64,000 bases of DNA from Lama guanicoe (taxonomy: Eukaryota). The number at the start of each line of letters is the position of its first letter. Position 1 is the first letter of the stretch. The position numbers and the translations under genes were made by a program. The notes beneath the pieces were generated by a model that made no database searches, had not been told where the DNA came from, and saw only the letters and a program-made list of their open reading frames with translations. Positions 25,931-39,559 of this stretch are shown here, piece by piece. The stretch covers positions 313,775 to 377,774 of the forward strand of contig MU053994.1 in NCBI GenBank assembly GCA_013239625.1, given 5' to 3'.

Positions 25931-28519
25931 GATGCCTGATAAATATTTGACAGGTAATAAATAAATATAAACTCTCTCTTCTGGTAGAACACATTTTCTA
26001 TAATAATTAGTTTATATGCAATTGAAAATAGGGTAACAATGTTGGTATAATGTGGAAGTTCTGTTGGAGTATAATTATAACCTTCAGCATGAAAGGAAAA
26101 AGGACTCCACTTGGCTGCAGCACAGTCAGAAACCTTTTTAGCTTTATTTTAAGAAAATGAAATGTACCAAGGGCTTCCTCCCCAAGGAAGCCTTGCATGG
26201 CTCTTGCTCCAGGTAGATTGCACTCCCTCCTGTGTTTACCTTAATGACAGCCTCACTGTCTTAGACCTCCACCTCTGTGTGCCTTGTCTCAGCTCCATCA
26301 AGTCCGAATTTCCTTTCTTTTGGTTTCTTGCATTTTTAACATCCTGAGGAAGCCTCTGGCCATACCAAGCTGTGTCTGAGCTGTCCAAGTTATTGCCTGA
26401 GATATTCATTTTTCATTTTGTTAAAGCTCTGCTAATAAAGTTGCATAAGTTTTGGGTGATCTGCCTCTAACTCTATTTTTTTTCTAGAAGCCTTTAGCGT
26501 GTTATTTTGCAAAATGAGAGATTTTTCAGGGAAATGAATGTGTACATGTAGTGGACATGTTACTTTTGTCCACACCTTTCCTAGCATCTTTTTCTTTAGG
26601 AACTGTACCTTCTTCATCAGATAAGGCTATCAACCTATCAATCACATTCTCCTCCAAAATAGAGAGACAAGCAGGGATGGGCACATGACCCAGGATAGCC
26701 TATCAGAATACACTGCCTACCTGGCCCATGGTGATTGGTTCAGGAAGAGACACATGACTCAAGCAGAGCCAATCCCTGGAGCCCTGCTGGTGCTGTAAGG
26801 AAGAACTCTCTCAACTCTGGAACTGTCTTGGACACTATCTGTCTAAAGAATGATATTGTCACAAGAGAAAGGAGGTGCAAATTAAGAATCCAAAGTAAAT
26901 GATTCATTTCCTGTGTATAGCTCCCATTATTATTTTCCTGGAAATCTCCTAGTCTTTCTTTAAGGCTCAATTCAATTGTTATCTTTTGGTGAAATGGTTC
27001 ATGACTACCCCACCCCCTGAATCTTGTACACACCCCTCTTACAGAATTGCTGCATGACTGTTTATTGTCTACTCCTCCCCTTCCCCCACCCTTTGGTGTA
27101 TGGCATTCTTGATGGTAGTGGCTTTGCTTTATTCGTCTCTATAAGCGCAGACCCTGACACAATGCCTAGTACATGGTAAATGCATATTACTAAATGTAGC
27201 AAATGTGAGTTGAATGAATGGATGAAGATAAGATTCTAGTAATACTTGTGGCTGATCACCTTGCATGAAAAGACACATTGTCTTAGATACACACACACAT
27301 ATTCTAGAGGAATATAGAATTTATGATAGGTAAGAATTTTGATCCAAGTACTAATAGCTTAAACAAAGAAAGCAATTCATTGAGATGAAACTTGAAAATA
27401 AGATAGCAAGGGAGAATGCAGAGTAGGGGAGACTTTGAAAGAAGAGAAAAAATAGTTAGAAAAGAAACAGCACCTTATAAACTTGGTAGAGATAGAGAAG
27501 CTCAGGGATGATATTATTCAGGAAAGTAGGTATAGATAAGGTAGAAAAGTAAAAGGAAATAGGCAAAGATAGAAAGTATAGAGGTGTTGGTGGAAGGCGA
27601 GAGTAGGAAGGTCCTGGATGTTAGACCTTTGAGCTTTCAATAGAAATTTGTTTTCCACTGAGTGTCAGGCTGTTTGCTGGGTTATTGGGATATTGAAATG
27701 AATGTCATTGTCTCTGCCCATCATGGGGGAGATCCAGATGGCAGAAAAGCAATGGGATGATGAGAAGGGGTGTGTGTTGAGGGGGATAATGTGGACTTTT
27801 CTGAACGGACAGCAACTTTCCATTCTTTACCGGGATTGTAGGTAAAGTATGGCAGCTGAAATGCTGTCCTCAAGTTGGGAAAATGTGACATTCTCTCCCC
27901 ATTCTTGTCGCTTTCTGAATTCTAGAATCCCTCATGCTTGCCAAGGCTAATGGGATTCTTATTCTACAGGCTCTTCCTCCCAGTTTTGATATGATGGAGT
28001 CAGGACTGTGGTCTCATCACCCTTCTCTCCGCAGCAGAACAAGATTACCTCTACCAGAACAATGTCAGGCCCCAAGGCAGCATTCCCAATCTGTATTTGC
28101 TGGAGATACTACTTCTACAAGTCCTGGCACTCTGTGGCACCTTGATTGTCCCAGCAAAGCTTGGGTAGGGCCTCGGCTGCTCTTCGCACCCCGAGTCAGG
28201 ATAGGAGGGTGCCGCCTGGCACCAGCATCCCATCATCCCCACTGCAGTGTTTCAAGACCCTGGAGCATCCGAGAGGGAAGAGGGTCATAGCCACCTCTGT
28301 GAGGAAGGGGATTCCAGGCATATGGGAGTAATTTGTGCATTGGCTGTGGTGGGCAGGGGGACCCTGGGCATAGACACCAACTCTGGGAGAGTCTGGGTCT
28401 TGCCAAACCCAGCTGGCAGGCGGAAAGTGTGTCAAAGGGGTAGCCCTAGGGGCAACGAGTCCCTGCAAGATAAGGGCCCAAGGAGAGGGGAAAGACCTAT
28501 GGAAAAGGATACACCTGGG

Positions 28520-29140
28520 ATCTTCAGGCCCCAGCTGCGCCCGTCTCTGGGCTGAGTGGGTTCCGGCGCCACCGCAAGGGGGAGACCGAGGGCGGCAGGG
28601 CAGGGGGGCTGTGCAGGGCCGGTGGTGCGCGGCGCCGGCTGGGACAGCCTGAGGGAGGGCCTTAGCAGTGCCGCGTCCGGATGGCACGTGGAAGGTGCAC
28701 TGAGCTCAGAGGGGCGCCCCGGGGGCAGCGGGTCCGGGGCGGCGAGGAGAGGGGAGACCCGCGACGGAGGCACTCGTCCTGCGGCTGCGGACGGTTGTCT
28801 CGAGGGGCGGGCCGTGCCTGGCGCGGCGCGGGCTGGGTGGGCTCTGGCGCCGCCGTCTGGGGGTGTGGGGCAGAGGGCGCTGTGCTTAGGGGCGGCTGGA
28901 GACGCCCTCCAGCGCTCCGGCCCGGTACCTGCCGGGGGCGGGCGGCGCAAGGGGCGCGCGGCGCGAGAGGCGGGCGCGGAGCGCGTGAGTCACTCGGCTG
29001 GCTCCCCCGGGTTCGGAGCGGGACTTCGCCTCCCGCCTGGGGTCTGCTTTCATCTCCGGCTTCAACGACCCGCGCCAGAACACCGGCGCCTTCCTGGGGC
29101 TCGACCAGCCGCCTTTCCGTCTAGGCGAGGGCCAGGTAAG
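28520..29140 (+). promoter_or_regulatory. CpG-island promoter
   Basis: Dense CpG/GC tract in otherwise AT-rich, CpG-depleted DNA. GC boxes GGGGCGGGC at 28804 and 28935, E-box CACGTG 28685-28690, AP-1 TGAGTCA 28986-28992; no evident TATA box. Confidence 0.9.
28990..29135 (+). other. Putative non-coding first exon (5' UTR) of an unidentified gene; start approximate
   Basis: Perfect donor CAG|GTAAGT at 29135/29136 at the 3' edge of the CpG island, and no ATG in the interval. No coding exon recognised in the following 35 kb. Confidence 0.7.
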
Positions 29141-30884
29141 TTTCTCGTCTTTTGATGCTTGGGTGACTCGGGGGAAGGGGAGGGGGTCTCCCAGTCTGTG
29201 TCTCGGTCTGCCTTTGCTTCCACCTTTTGGTTATCTCCATTGGAGAGAGAAAGTTAGATTTATAAAACGCAACAGAGAATTTCAAATCCATGTTCAGACC
29301 CCAAAAAGCCAAACTCTGGGGCCATATTCTTAATTTCCCCTGTGTCTGCAACTGTCCGGATGCGGCGTTGTACGGGGCTAGCAATGTTAGATTTGTTTCG
29401 TGTGTTTTCCTTTTCCCCCACTTTCTTCCTGGGTGATTCTCAGAGGTCGCGAAGCGAGGAGGGTTGGGGGGGGGAGGGGGGTTGAAGTGGGGCAGCAAAG
29501 CTAGAAGGCTGAGCTGGATGGAATCCCTTTGCCCGGGCGGTTTCCCATTCTCGGCGAGGTGGCAGATGTTTTACTGTAGCCCGAGTTGGGATCTTGGAAC
29601 AGCCCTCCCCAGCCCAGGACGTGGCAGAGCTGTAAGGTAACTGCAGTTGCTGCATATCAGTCTCGTCACCATTGACTGAATCAAAATGTTCCGGAGGCAC
29701 AATTAATGTGACTGCCACGATAATGTTGAAATAATTCACCGAAGGACTCTATGGAATATATATTTTTTGATATATTGTATTCCAGGAAAATTTTAGGAGG
29801 CTACTGCTGGTCTTATTTTCTCAATTTTCAAAGATGCTTCAAAACCTGTTATTTCCCTTGAAAGAAAATCAATGAGGACTGTTTCTTATAAGGGTTTAAC
29901 AATGCAAAGCTACATGTTAGTTTTCCTTTTCCTTTACCAGGGTGTGTGTGTGGGCAGGGGTGCTTCCACTAACTGCTTTTAGAAAAATCAACGCGGGGAG
30001 GGGGCTCCCCCCTTTCTCTCCCATTAAGTGCAAGTGTTTCTGTGAATATTGAATAGGTACTAATTATTGTTGTCCTTTTTTTGCTTAAAAGTAGCATAGG
30101 AAAGAACCTCCTGGAATGCGTACATGTGTGGCTCATGGTGACGACTAATTGCTTTATCAATACGGTTTGGATTGATGCAATGTTAACAGGTGGTCTTAAT
30201 TCACAGCACAGGATTTTTCTGTTTTAGACGAACATCCCTGCTGATTGGGAGGAAAGTAGTACTCCCCTCCCCCCACCCCAACCATGTCTTTAATCCTGCT
30301 TTGTAGGAAAGAGAAGGATGGTGGGAGCAGTTTTTTTTTTAGCAGTTGATTGGGCCAATGATCATAAATTGCTCTTTCCTGAATTGTCATTTGGTTTATA
30401 ATCTGTGATTGTAGAAGAGAACCCCCAGCTGCCTTGGAAGAAAATTATTAAAACCTTAGGTGTTTAGTCAGATCACAGAGATAACTTTTTACAGTTAAAA
30501 AGCTCTTCCCAGGGAGCCCCCTCTAAACTGAGTTAGGTTTCCCACCTTTTTGATAACATAACTCTTCTCCTGGGCATCTTGTGACTCTTGGTTTGCATGC
30601 CAGTCTCTCTCAAGACAGAAAAATTTCTTGGAAGGTGGGGCAATTTGTATTCTTGGAGCCTATTCAGTTAGGTAGGGGTCGGTTGAATGAGTAAATAAAT
30701 GAATTTGGTGGTTCAGATCAGGCTTACCGTTCCTTGAACACCACACTTGGGCATGTTTTTTTTCTTTTTCACTCCTAGAAGATAATCTTTCTAATTCAGT
30801 GATTCTCAAAGTGTGGATCCTCAGACAACACTGTATTCGAAAGGAATGCGAGTTTGACATATATGGAAAACATCTATATATTAA

Positions 30885-31340
30885 CTGTCACACTTCTTTG
30901 CTGCAAGTGACAGAAAAGCCAACTAAAAGTGGCTTTAACAAATTAAAGATGGCTGACAGCAGATGATCACTGGAGTCAGTTCAGTGGCCCGGCAATGTTA
31001 GGATTCTGGGTCGATGCTTTTACCCTCATGGCTTCAAGATGGCTCTAACAGCTCCAGATGTTATGTCCTTATCCCATGTTCAAAGGCAGGAAACAGAGAG
31101 TAGGAAGGAATAGAATAATTTCCCTCATGAAACTTTCTCTTATTAGAGAAGAAATAGCTTTCCCCAAAGTTCCCCAACAGAATCTCCCTTGTATCTCATT
31201 GGCCAGAGCTGGGCCACATAACAGTCCTTAGTGGTATGAGAGGCCAGGAAAGTGAGTATTGGGCTTTTTAGCTTCTATAGTGGAAAGGGGGCCAGGGAGA
31301 GGGGCATTGGAGGTGGCTTTCGGGAGCTAACCAGCAAGTC
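30885..31340 (-). mobile_element. MaLR MLT1-family LTR (old)
   Basis: GCTGCAAGTGACAGAAAAGCC, CAAGATGGCT and ATCTCATTGGCCAGAGCTGGGCCACAT blocks. Confidence 0.65.
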
Positions 31341-32199
31341 TTAAGCTATCATGGAAATGGCCCTGTTTTAACCAGTGATTATATTAATGATTAGTCTCAC
31401 TAAAACATTAAATATTAATCAATGTAGCAAAAGCACATTAAGAACGGGGATTATTTTCTCCCTAGGGTATGGTATTTTAAGGGTGCTAAATAATCACTTT
31501 TGTAGAGTGTGTGATATTTTTGCTATCTGCGGTCTCTAAAAACTATTTCTATATAAAGAAAAAAATGTATATACAGCTTGTATGGTTTCCATTATATGAA
31601 GTATGGGTCAGAGCCTCCAGTTCCTGAAACAGAGTAAACAGTAAATAGTTGTGCTGTGAGTAAACTATTGAGTTTGGGAGCTTCACAACTTCACAAGGAC
31701 AAATGGAAAGGATTTACCAATAAAAAGCTAATTAGTGACTTGGCACCTGTGCCCCAAAAGGCTAGTTTACACAAACTTAAGAGTCTTTAATTTGGATCCT
31801 AGGAGCCTGGAGAGCTCCTGGAGGAACACGAAGAACAAGAAGACCATAAAGAGGGAGTGGATACTGACAGTTTAGGTGGATAGATTTTCTTTGGGAGCCT
31901 TCTCTGTTCCTCTGCTGTGGAAGATGTACTACCCGAAAAAAAAAAAAACCAAACTTAAGACGATCCCTAGCACACACACAAAAAATTTAAGTTGATGCAT
32001 GAAAAGAAGAGAACATACATTACTGCCAGCTTGGATTCTTGACTCTTTCCGTGTAGGAATCCTGGTATATTTACAGAAGGACCAGGTTTGAGGACCTGAT
32101 GATGAGTGCTCAGCTAAGCAAGTACCAAGGGATTGAGGTTGAACAATTGCGAGCCCCTGTGCCTTAGATTTCTCACCAGTCAAAAGAATGAAGTAGACT

Positions 32200-33170
32200 C
32201 TCCGTGGTTTTCAAACTGTGTTGCACTTTAAAAATCACCCAGAGCTTTTTAAAATCCAGATTTCTATACTTCAGTTAAAAAAACTAATAAAATCCAGATT
32301 TGTGGGCAGATCCTCAGACTTAATTGGAACCTCTGGGAAGGGGACCCAGGCATCAGGATTTTTAAAATCCCCCAGATGATTCCAGTATGCACCTGACTTC
32401 GGGAACTGTTTTAGTTTGCCTGGGCTAACATAACAGAGTACCACAGACTTGGTGAGTTAAAAAATGAATTTATTTTCTCACAGTTCTGGGGAATAGATGT
32501 TCAAGACCAAGATGTTGGCAGAGTTGGTGTCTTTTGAGGTCTCTTTCCTTGGCTTGTACATGGCTGCCTTCGCACTGTTTCCACATCTTTTCTCTGCATG
32601 TCTCTCTCCGTTCTAATCACTTATAAGGACACAGGTCATTTTAGATTATGGCCCACACCTATGACCTAATTTTGCCATAATTACTTTTAAGGCTCTATCT
32701 CCACATACAGTCAAATTCAGAGGTATAGGGGTTAGGACTTCAACATGTGAATTGGGGAGCGGGGCACAATTCAGCCCATAACTGGAGCCGTTGGAGAAGT
32801 ACAATTGTAGCGCTTCTCAAGCTTTATTGTATATTCAAGTCACCTGAAGATCTTATTGTAATTCAGAATCCAATTGTGTAAATCTGTGTGGGGCCCGAGA
32901 TGCCGCAGATGTCTAGCAAACTCCAGGAGATGCCAGTGCGGCCGGTCGGTAGATAACACTTGAGGTAGTGTGGTTCTGTCTAGAGCGCTAGTTATGAAGG
33001 TCTAGCAGGCATTAGAATCGCCTGGAGAGCGTGTTAAAAACAGATTGCTAGGTCCTGGCCTCAGAATTTCTGATTCTGTAGGTTTGGGGTGGAGCCCAAG
33101 AATTTGCATTTCTAACAAGTTCCCAAGTGATGAGCTGCTGGTCTAGGGCTGATACTTTGCAAACCACCTG
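32200..33170. mobile_element. Cluster of MER5-like hAT-Charlie elements with a nested MLT1A-like LTR (32407-32782, - strand)
   Basis: MER5 blocks ATTAGAATCGCCTGGAGAGC and AATTTGCATTTCTAACAAGTTCCC; MLT1 block AATTTATTTTCTCACAGTTCTGG...CAATTCAGCCCATAAC. Confidence 0.75.
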
Positions 33171-33999
33171 TCTCTGGCTTTTTGAGATTCCATGGTATTG
33201 CGTGAGTCTAGTTCATTACAGACATCATTGTTGGTGAAGTTTATCTGTGATATTTGCTAACCTCATCACTGCTAGCGTTGCACCTTTTGTTTTGCCAAGC
33301 CTAATTACATTTTCTGCTCATAAAATAAAGGATGAAGAAATGGGAGAAAATGCTACATTGAGGTCTCTTTTAATCTCTTATGCAAATGTAGGTGAATGAG
33401 TATGGAGGCTCTACATCAGCCCATTTATCTCTGTTTCTTCTCTAATCACAGAGCTGAATTGCAGCTCGCCCTTACAGCAGCTCAAAGATGATTTTCTGAG
33501 ACGGCTTGCTTCTCACGTGGGATTTTTGGGGAAGGATTAACTATTCTAGAGATTGTACAGTCTCGCAGGGCACTGCGAATTTCTCCAGCACATTAATTTT
33601 AAATTCTAATTTAATCATAGTTTTATTAGTGAGACCAATAGTGAGCTACATCAAACAATATCCCCCTCTCCGAAATAATTGGAGGTTGGAAGAACAATTT
33701 GCCTGCTCTTTGAGAGTTAAATTAGTAAAATTCAAGTTCTGTGAATGTTATTCACCTGCGTTTGTAATACAAGGGACTGTATGTATATGTGAGACTAAAT
33801 GGTTTAAAAAAATCCAGAATTTACACTAGTGACCTGGGTGTAATTTAAGAGTATGATTGTATTTTATAAAGTAGAAACCTCTCAAAAAAATGGCTATATA
33901 TATGTATATATAAACACATATATATATTTTTTGGTGTGCTGGTCACTGTACCTATAGTATCTCACTTAACCTTTATACCCTGTAATATATCAGATATAT

Positions 34000-34491
34000 G
34001 TGTGTCAGTTATCTACTGCCATAATAATGTTGCATAACAAGCAATCACAAAAATCTCAGTAGAACATGACAGTAAGCATATATTGCTCATGTGTCTAGGT
34101 CACCTGGGTGCTAGCTAGACTGTTTTGCTGATCTTGGCTGGAATTATTCCCATGTCTTGGGCTTACCTGGATACTGGCTGATCTAGGCTAACCTTGTTCA
34201 GAGTAACTGATGTGCCTGGGCTCTGTTTCACGTTTCCCATCCTCCGGCAGGCTACCCACTCATGTCCTCAAGGCAGCAGCGGAGGTACAAGAAAGAACAC
34301 GTGGAAATCCACAGGCCTCTTGAGGCCTAGACTCATAATTGGCAAATCGTCACTTCCACCTTATTCTGTTGGCCAAAGCAGTCCACAGGGTCATGCTCAG
34401 AATCAGAGTGGGAGGGCCCTACGAAGTGATATGACAAAAGGCATGGTGTAGGGAGGGGTCAAGAATAGGGGCTGGGTTTGCAATCAGTTAC
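34000..34491 (-). mobile_element. MaLR MLT1-family LTR
   Basis: TGTGTCAGTTATCTACTGCCATAATAATGTTGCATAACAA start; TATTCTGTTGGCCAAAGCAAGT. Confidence 0.7.
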
Positions 34492-36489
34492 AGGGAGGAA
34501 AAATTCAGAGACATTAAATTACTTGTTCAGATCACATTACTTATAAGAGGTGAAGCCAAGACTCAAAAATAACTTTGATGCCAAAGCTTAACACTCTTTC
34601 CTTTATATGACATCGCTCTTCTACTTTTTATTGTACCCTGTTTAGAGAAAAACTGTATCAAGAGAAGGTGTATGTTCAGCCTGTAAGATAAAGAATTATC
34701 TTTGTACATTAAGTTACAAGTGAGATTTTATTTTACTTTATTGTTTACAAGTGAAATTTTAATACACATAGGTCTATATACATATTTTTCTATTTGCTCA
34801 ACTTAAAGCATTTTATGTTTTTAATTATTATTAGTGTTCTCTTATCTCTCTATATGAAGCAAGTAAAATATTTCTATTTTAAACTTAAAAATGCATTCAA
34901 TTTGTAATCCAAGGAATCTTTTAAACGAAGATAAAAGCAGATTGCTTGCTGCCCCATTTACTCTGGGGCTGTTCTCTAAAGAATGGGGCTTGCTAAAGCA
35001 TTTCCCTTACTTATGACATTTCCAAAGTTACACCAGGTGAACCGGGCCTCTATTCAGAATGAATTTGCTGATGCCATAAGTGTTTTGAGTTTACCCTCCA
35101 CGTTTTCACACATTTTCCACATCCCTGGCGAGTTTTGCCAGCAATTGGTAAAAACTCCCAGCACTGTCCCGGGGAAGAGGTTACCTGTGATGTTTCCAGC
35201 CTGATCATCTGACCCGCTAGGTTAGATCAGCTCAGTTGTGGGGATGGATGCAGTTGACTGTCAAAGCCTAATGCCATTAAACGTTTGAATTGCAGAACGA
35301 ATTCTGTTTCTCCTGATCTCATGGTCAGCAATCAGCCTTATGATTCTCCATGTTCATTGCCTTCAGGGAGAGAATAACCTGGCCAGGCTGTCTGGTCTGC
35401 CTGAAAGTTCTATTTCTCATTGTAAATTACTAAGCCGCCACTCTGGCTTTAAACACTTATGAGTGTTGGGAAGTGAGTCAGCATCCAGCACCTTGAAGCC
35501 TGATAAATGCAGAGACACTGATAAGATCAGTTATCCGAGCTCGTGCTGTTCACTGCCAGGCCTGATGCTGATGATTCACCAAAGTGAATTAATACCAGCG
35601 AGCGTTTATTAATCATTTTCTGCACACCAGGAACTGTGCAGTTCTGTTTCCATGATCTCATTTAGTCCTCAACAACTTTGTGAGGTAGTACTTTTATTTC
35701 CATTTTACAAATAGGAAGACTGAAGTACAGATGGAAAAACTTGCCCCAAATCAAATGGCTGCTTTGGCAGAGCCCCCTGGTTGCCACCCAGTATCCTTTC
35801 TCACCTTCTCCCTTAGTGACAGAATCCAGTTTTATTCCTGGTGGCGATGCCTCCACCGAACAGCCTCTGTTACCCAGCATCTCTTGTACCACGGTTTGAT
35901 CCTGTGACTGAATTGTGCCAGTGAGCTGGAATTGTGTTGTGTGGGATTTCTAGGAAGCCTGCCTAAAGAGAGTTGGCTTGTCTGGAAGGAGGGCCCTTTT
36001 CTTCTTCCCGTTCCTCTAGCTGCTAGCCTGGATGCGGGCATGATAGTGAGAGCCATCTTGGGCCATGGAGTGATCTCTTGGATGTACGTTAGCACTGAGG
36101 TTGTTAGAACAGAAAAGTGGAAGAAGGAATCTGGGCTTGTGATGGTCCCATGCAGCCACTGCTTTCCGGACATATTAATGTTTTAATGTTCTCTTAGCAG
36201 AGAAGAAAGGCAGTGATGGCTATTGGGGAGGCAGTGGAGAGTGTTTACAAGCTATGTGCCAAATCCCTAATATTTGAGCTGTGATAGACACAAGTCTTCA
36301 CGTTCTACCTCAGCCACTTACTGTATGTATTGGGCACATCTTGTGTCCTGCTGTACATCCGTTCTGCCCATCTTTTAGTCAAGTCATTGATCCAGTAACC
36401 AGTTTCATGAGGTGTAACCAGATAGGACCTTGCCTTAGCCTCACAGTGACTATTTCACCTTCCACCCCAGGACTTCTTTGATATTTCAA

Positions 36490-36870
36490 CACAGAGGCCT
36501 GTTGGAACTGCCTAGCACCCACTTGTGTATTATGGAATGTGAGGATGTTAAAGGCCCAAGAGTCAATCCTTGACTAATGTGGGTTGGGAGCCAAAGATAA
36601 ATGCTCCCTTCTCCCATCCTTGAACAGATAATTCGGAACTGCATTTTAGTATTTGCCTCTAAGAGGTTCTCAGGGGATCTAAGCAAGATCAATTGCCTAC
36701 AGTTGTGGCCAACTCAAAAATATACTTCTGTATTGATTTTGTCTCTTTTCTGGTTCCCTTTCCCAAATTCCCAAATTCTATTTTCTGAAATCAATTCTCC
36801 AAATAAATTATTTGAACGCAAACCCTGGCCTCAGGCTCTCTGTTTCAGAGAGAGCTCAGGTTAAGGCATT
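36490..36870 (+). mobile_element. ERVL LTR16-like relic
   Basis: CCAAATAAATTATTTGAACGCAAACCCTGGCCTCAGGCTCTCTGTTTC resembles LTR16 3' ends. Confidence 0.55.
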
Positions 36871-36979
36871 ATATAACCTTGAATTAAGCTGTACTGAAAA
36901 AACTTTGGCACTTGCTGACACTTTTATGCCCCTTATATGACGAAGCAGTGTACTATCTTTAGTGTACAAAGATGAGAAT

Positions 36980-37695
36980 ACATTATGAAATCTGATAGCA
37001 TCAAGTATTGGTGTGTACACGAATCAGTAGGAATTGACATACCTTGTTGATGGGAGTGCAAATTTGGGAGAATCATTTTGGAAAATAAAAGTTGGCACTA
37101 TCTTGTGAGGTTGAACACACATATACTCTATGACCCAGCAGTTTTATTTTTAGGTATAACCCCCAGAGAAATTCTTCTGTATGTCAACCAGGGCCTCTCC
37201 TTTGGAATGTCCTTAGCAACGTGGTTTATAATATGGAAGTACTAGAATAACCTAATTGTTCACTGATGGGAAAAGAGACGAGTTTAGAATTTTGATATAA
37301 TTTCACCATAGAATAAAAGTGAATGGACCACTGTTACATGCGAGAACATAGATGCATATTAGAAACAAAACGTTGAATGAAAAACTAAGTTACCAAAGAC
37401 TTCATACAGTTGGGCATAATTTTTATAAAGTGCAAAAACAGTATTAAACTGTACCTTGGAAGGAATCATACAAACATGATAGACTATAAAGGAAGGTAAA
37501 TCCCATATTCTAAGCTAGTGCTTTCCTCTGATGGGGAGACAGGGATGGGCTAAGGTAGGAACATGCAGTGGAGGCACTGGCATTAGTGATGTTCTGGGTG
37601 TTGACAGTTCACTGAGGCTCTGTTATCATGCCTTATACTTTATGTAAAAGTGATGTTGATTATTTTGTATATATACAGATATCGTTTAATAATTT
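36980..37695 (+). mobile_element. Old L1ME-like 3' fragment
   Basis: TTGTTGATGGGAGTGCAAATTTGG and TATGACCCAGCAGTTTTATTTTTAGGTATA are degenerate L1 ORF2-end motifs. Confidence 0.65.
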
Positions 37696-38242
37696 TTGGA
37701 AAACGAAACTACCGCCAACAAAGATGCTGTGCTCACAAAGCATGGCCTTGGTGAAAGTCTACTCCAGTCCTCACTCTGAGCTAATGGCTCTCAGACTCAA
37801 TATTCTTCATCATGTGATGTATTTTTTCCCTTTGTGTTCCCAAGTATATTGTATAATTAGAACGACAGGGCACAAGATTCCTCTTCCTTATGGCCCTTGG
37901 GGGTTACGTCCTCTATTATATTTAGAAGAGAACAGTTTGTTGTGTCCTTTGCTCCTGAGTCCACTTGCCTCTGGTTCCTACGTGTCCTGAGGCTCTTCAC
38001 TGTTCTCTGCTGTACGGCACCCAGCTTTCATTTTACTGCTGCTCTCAGCAGTGCACTCATGGGCTACAATCTCCTTTGTTTCTGTGAGGGGTGTGTGTGT
38101 GTGTTGGGAGGTAGTATAATGGTGAGGAGTGGTGACGCTCTTAATGTGACATTTCTCTCTATAGTTTCAGACCTACTCCTTGCTTTCTTTGGCAGTGGTA
38201 CCATACAAAGCTGTAAGGTTGTACCAGATTTTAAACTTGAGG

Positions 38243-38740
38243 CCAGGGTTTATAACTTTTAGAATATTTTTGTGCCATGGAGCTTTTGATGAAGCCAGTG
38301 GCCTCCTTATCAGAATATTGATTTAAATTCATAAAATCAAACACATTGGATTACAAAGGAAACAAACTATTAAAATATACTTATCAGAATATTAAAAAAG
38401 ATTGTGATATAATAACATATGTACTTATTTATTAACTTACCAGACAACAAGATCTAGTGGTGGGTCTAACGACTGCCCAAATTTTAAAGGAGTAATGAGC
38501 ATAAAGGATATTTCACAGTATCTGCAGTAACTTAACTGTAAGGTGACATGCAAAAGATCTGTGATTTCTATTGGTGACAAAGTCACAGGTTTGTTGCTGA
38601 CACCCATATTTGAAGGAAATACTAAATTTTACATAGAGATTAGTGAACATAAGGATGTAATTTTTTTCCCATCCAAGTTCACGAACCCTCTAAATTCTAT
38701 CCATATACCCTTGGGGGACCATAGACCGCAGGATGAGAGA
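38243..38740. mobile_element. hAT-Charlie-like DNA transposon relic
   Basis: CAGGGTTTATAACTTTT start; GTGATTTCTATTGGTGACAAAGTCACAGGT and TTTTCCCATCCAAGTTCAC blocks. Confidence 0.55.
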
Positions 38741-39559
38741 TTTGCTGTAAGCAAAATAAAGGAAATTACCACCGATGAAGGAATAATTTAAATTGAATAC
38801 CCAATATTATCTAAACCACTGTCCGCAAGAAAAGCACTTAACTCCAGCCCTTCATGCTCCAGCCCACAAGTGCATCCCAAGTCCCGTTGGAATCTTACAG
38901 ACCTTCTTTTTGAGAGGACCTTACTCTTCAATGCCCTGCAGACGGGTCTCCATACTTCCTTTAGAAAGTCCTGCCTCTTCCTCAGAGGAGTTGGTCTTAG
39001 CTTGGGATTCATCCGTCTCCCTTCTCCACTCTGTTTTCCCCACTAAGGATTGCCCACCTTCGCATCCCTCTGTAGTGACTCCCCCACAACAGTGAAGGGT
39101 GGGCTTTGGCTCCCTGAGTCTCTTCTCCTTCCAGGCCTTTCCACTCTGGTGAGTTGTAGTGAGCAGGACACCCACACCCATCCTGACTCGCCAGGAAACA
39201 CACTTATTCTCAGTGACAACTCAGTCTTAAAACAGAAGGAAAAAGAGACATTTCTCTGACTGCCCATTAATTAAAAGGCTGCGCAAGTGTATAGTGGAGC
39301 CTGTACTGTACAATTATTATGCAGATCGAGGAGAGTTCCTTACTCATCCCTCCGCTCCTCTCAAACAGGCTCATTACTGAGCCATAGACCTTTTAATGTC
39401 TGTTTGCTGAACTTCACAAACACCTGGCTCTGGTTGAAAATTTCTGTTTGAGCCTGATTGGATACTTTGATAGTGTCTTTGGTATCCCCCACCATGCCTA
39501 CTAATTGACTGATTCGTTGACTGATTTGATATTTTAACAATTTTGTCAGAATCTGTAAT

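Noticed and set aside
28196..29155. Overlapping 147-199 aa ORFs on both strands
   Set aside because: Low-complexity Gly/Ala/Arg/Pro translations expected from stop-poor GC-rich CpG-island DNA; no recognisable domain.
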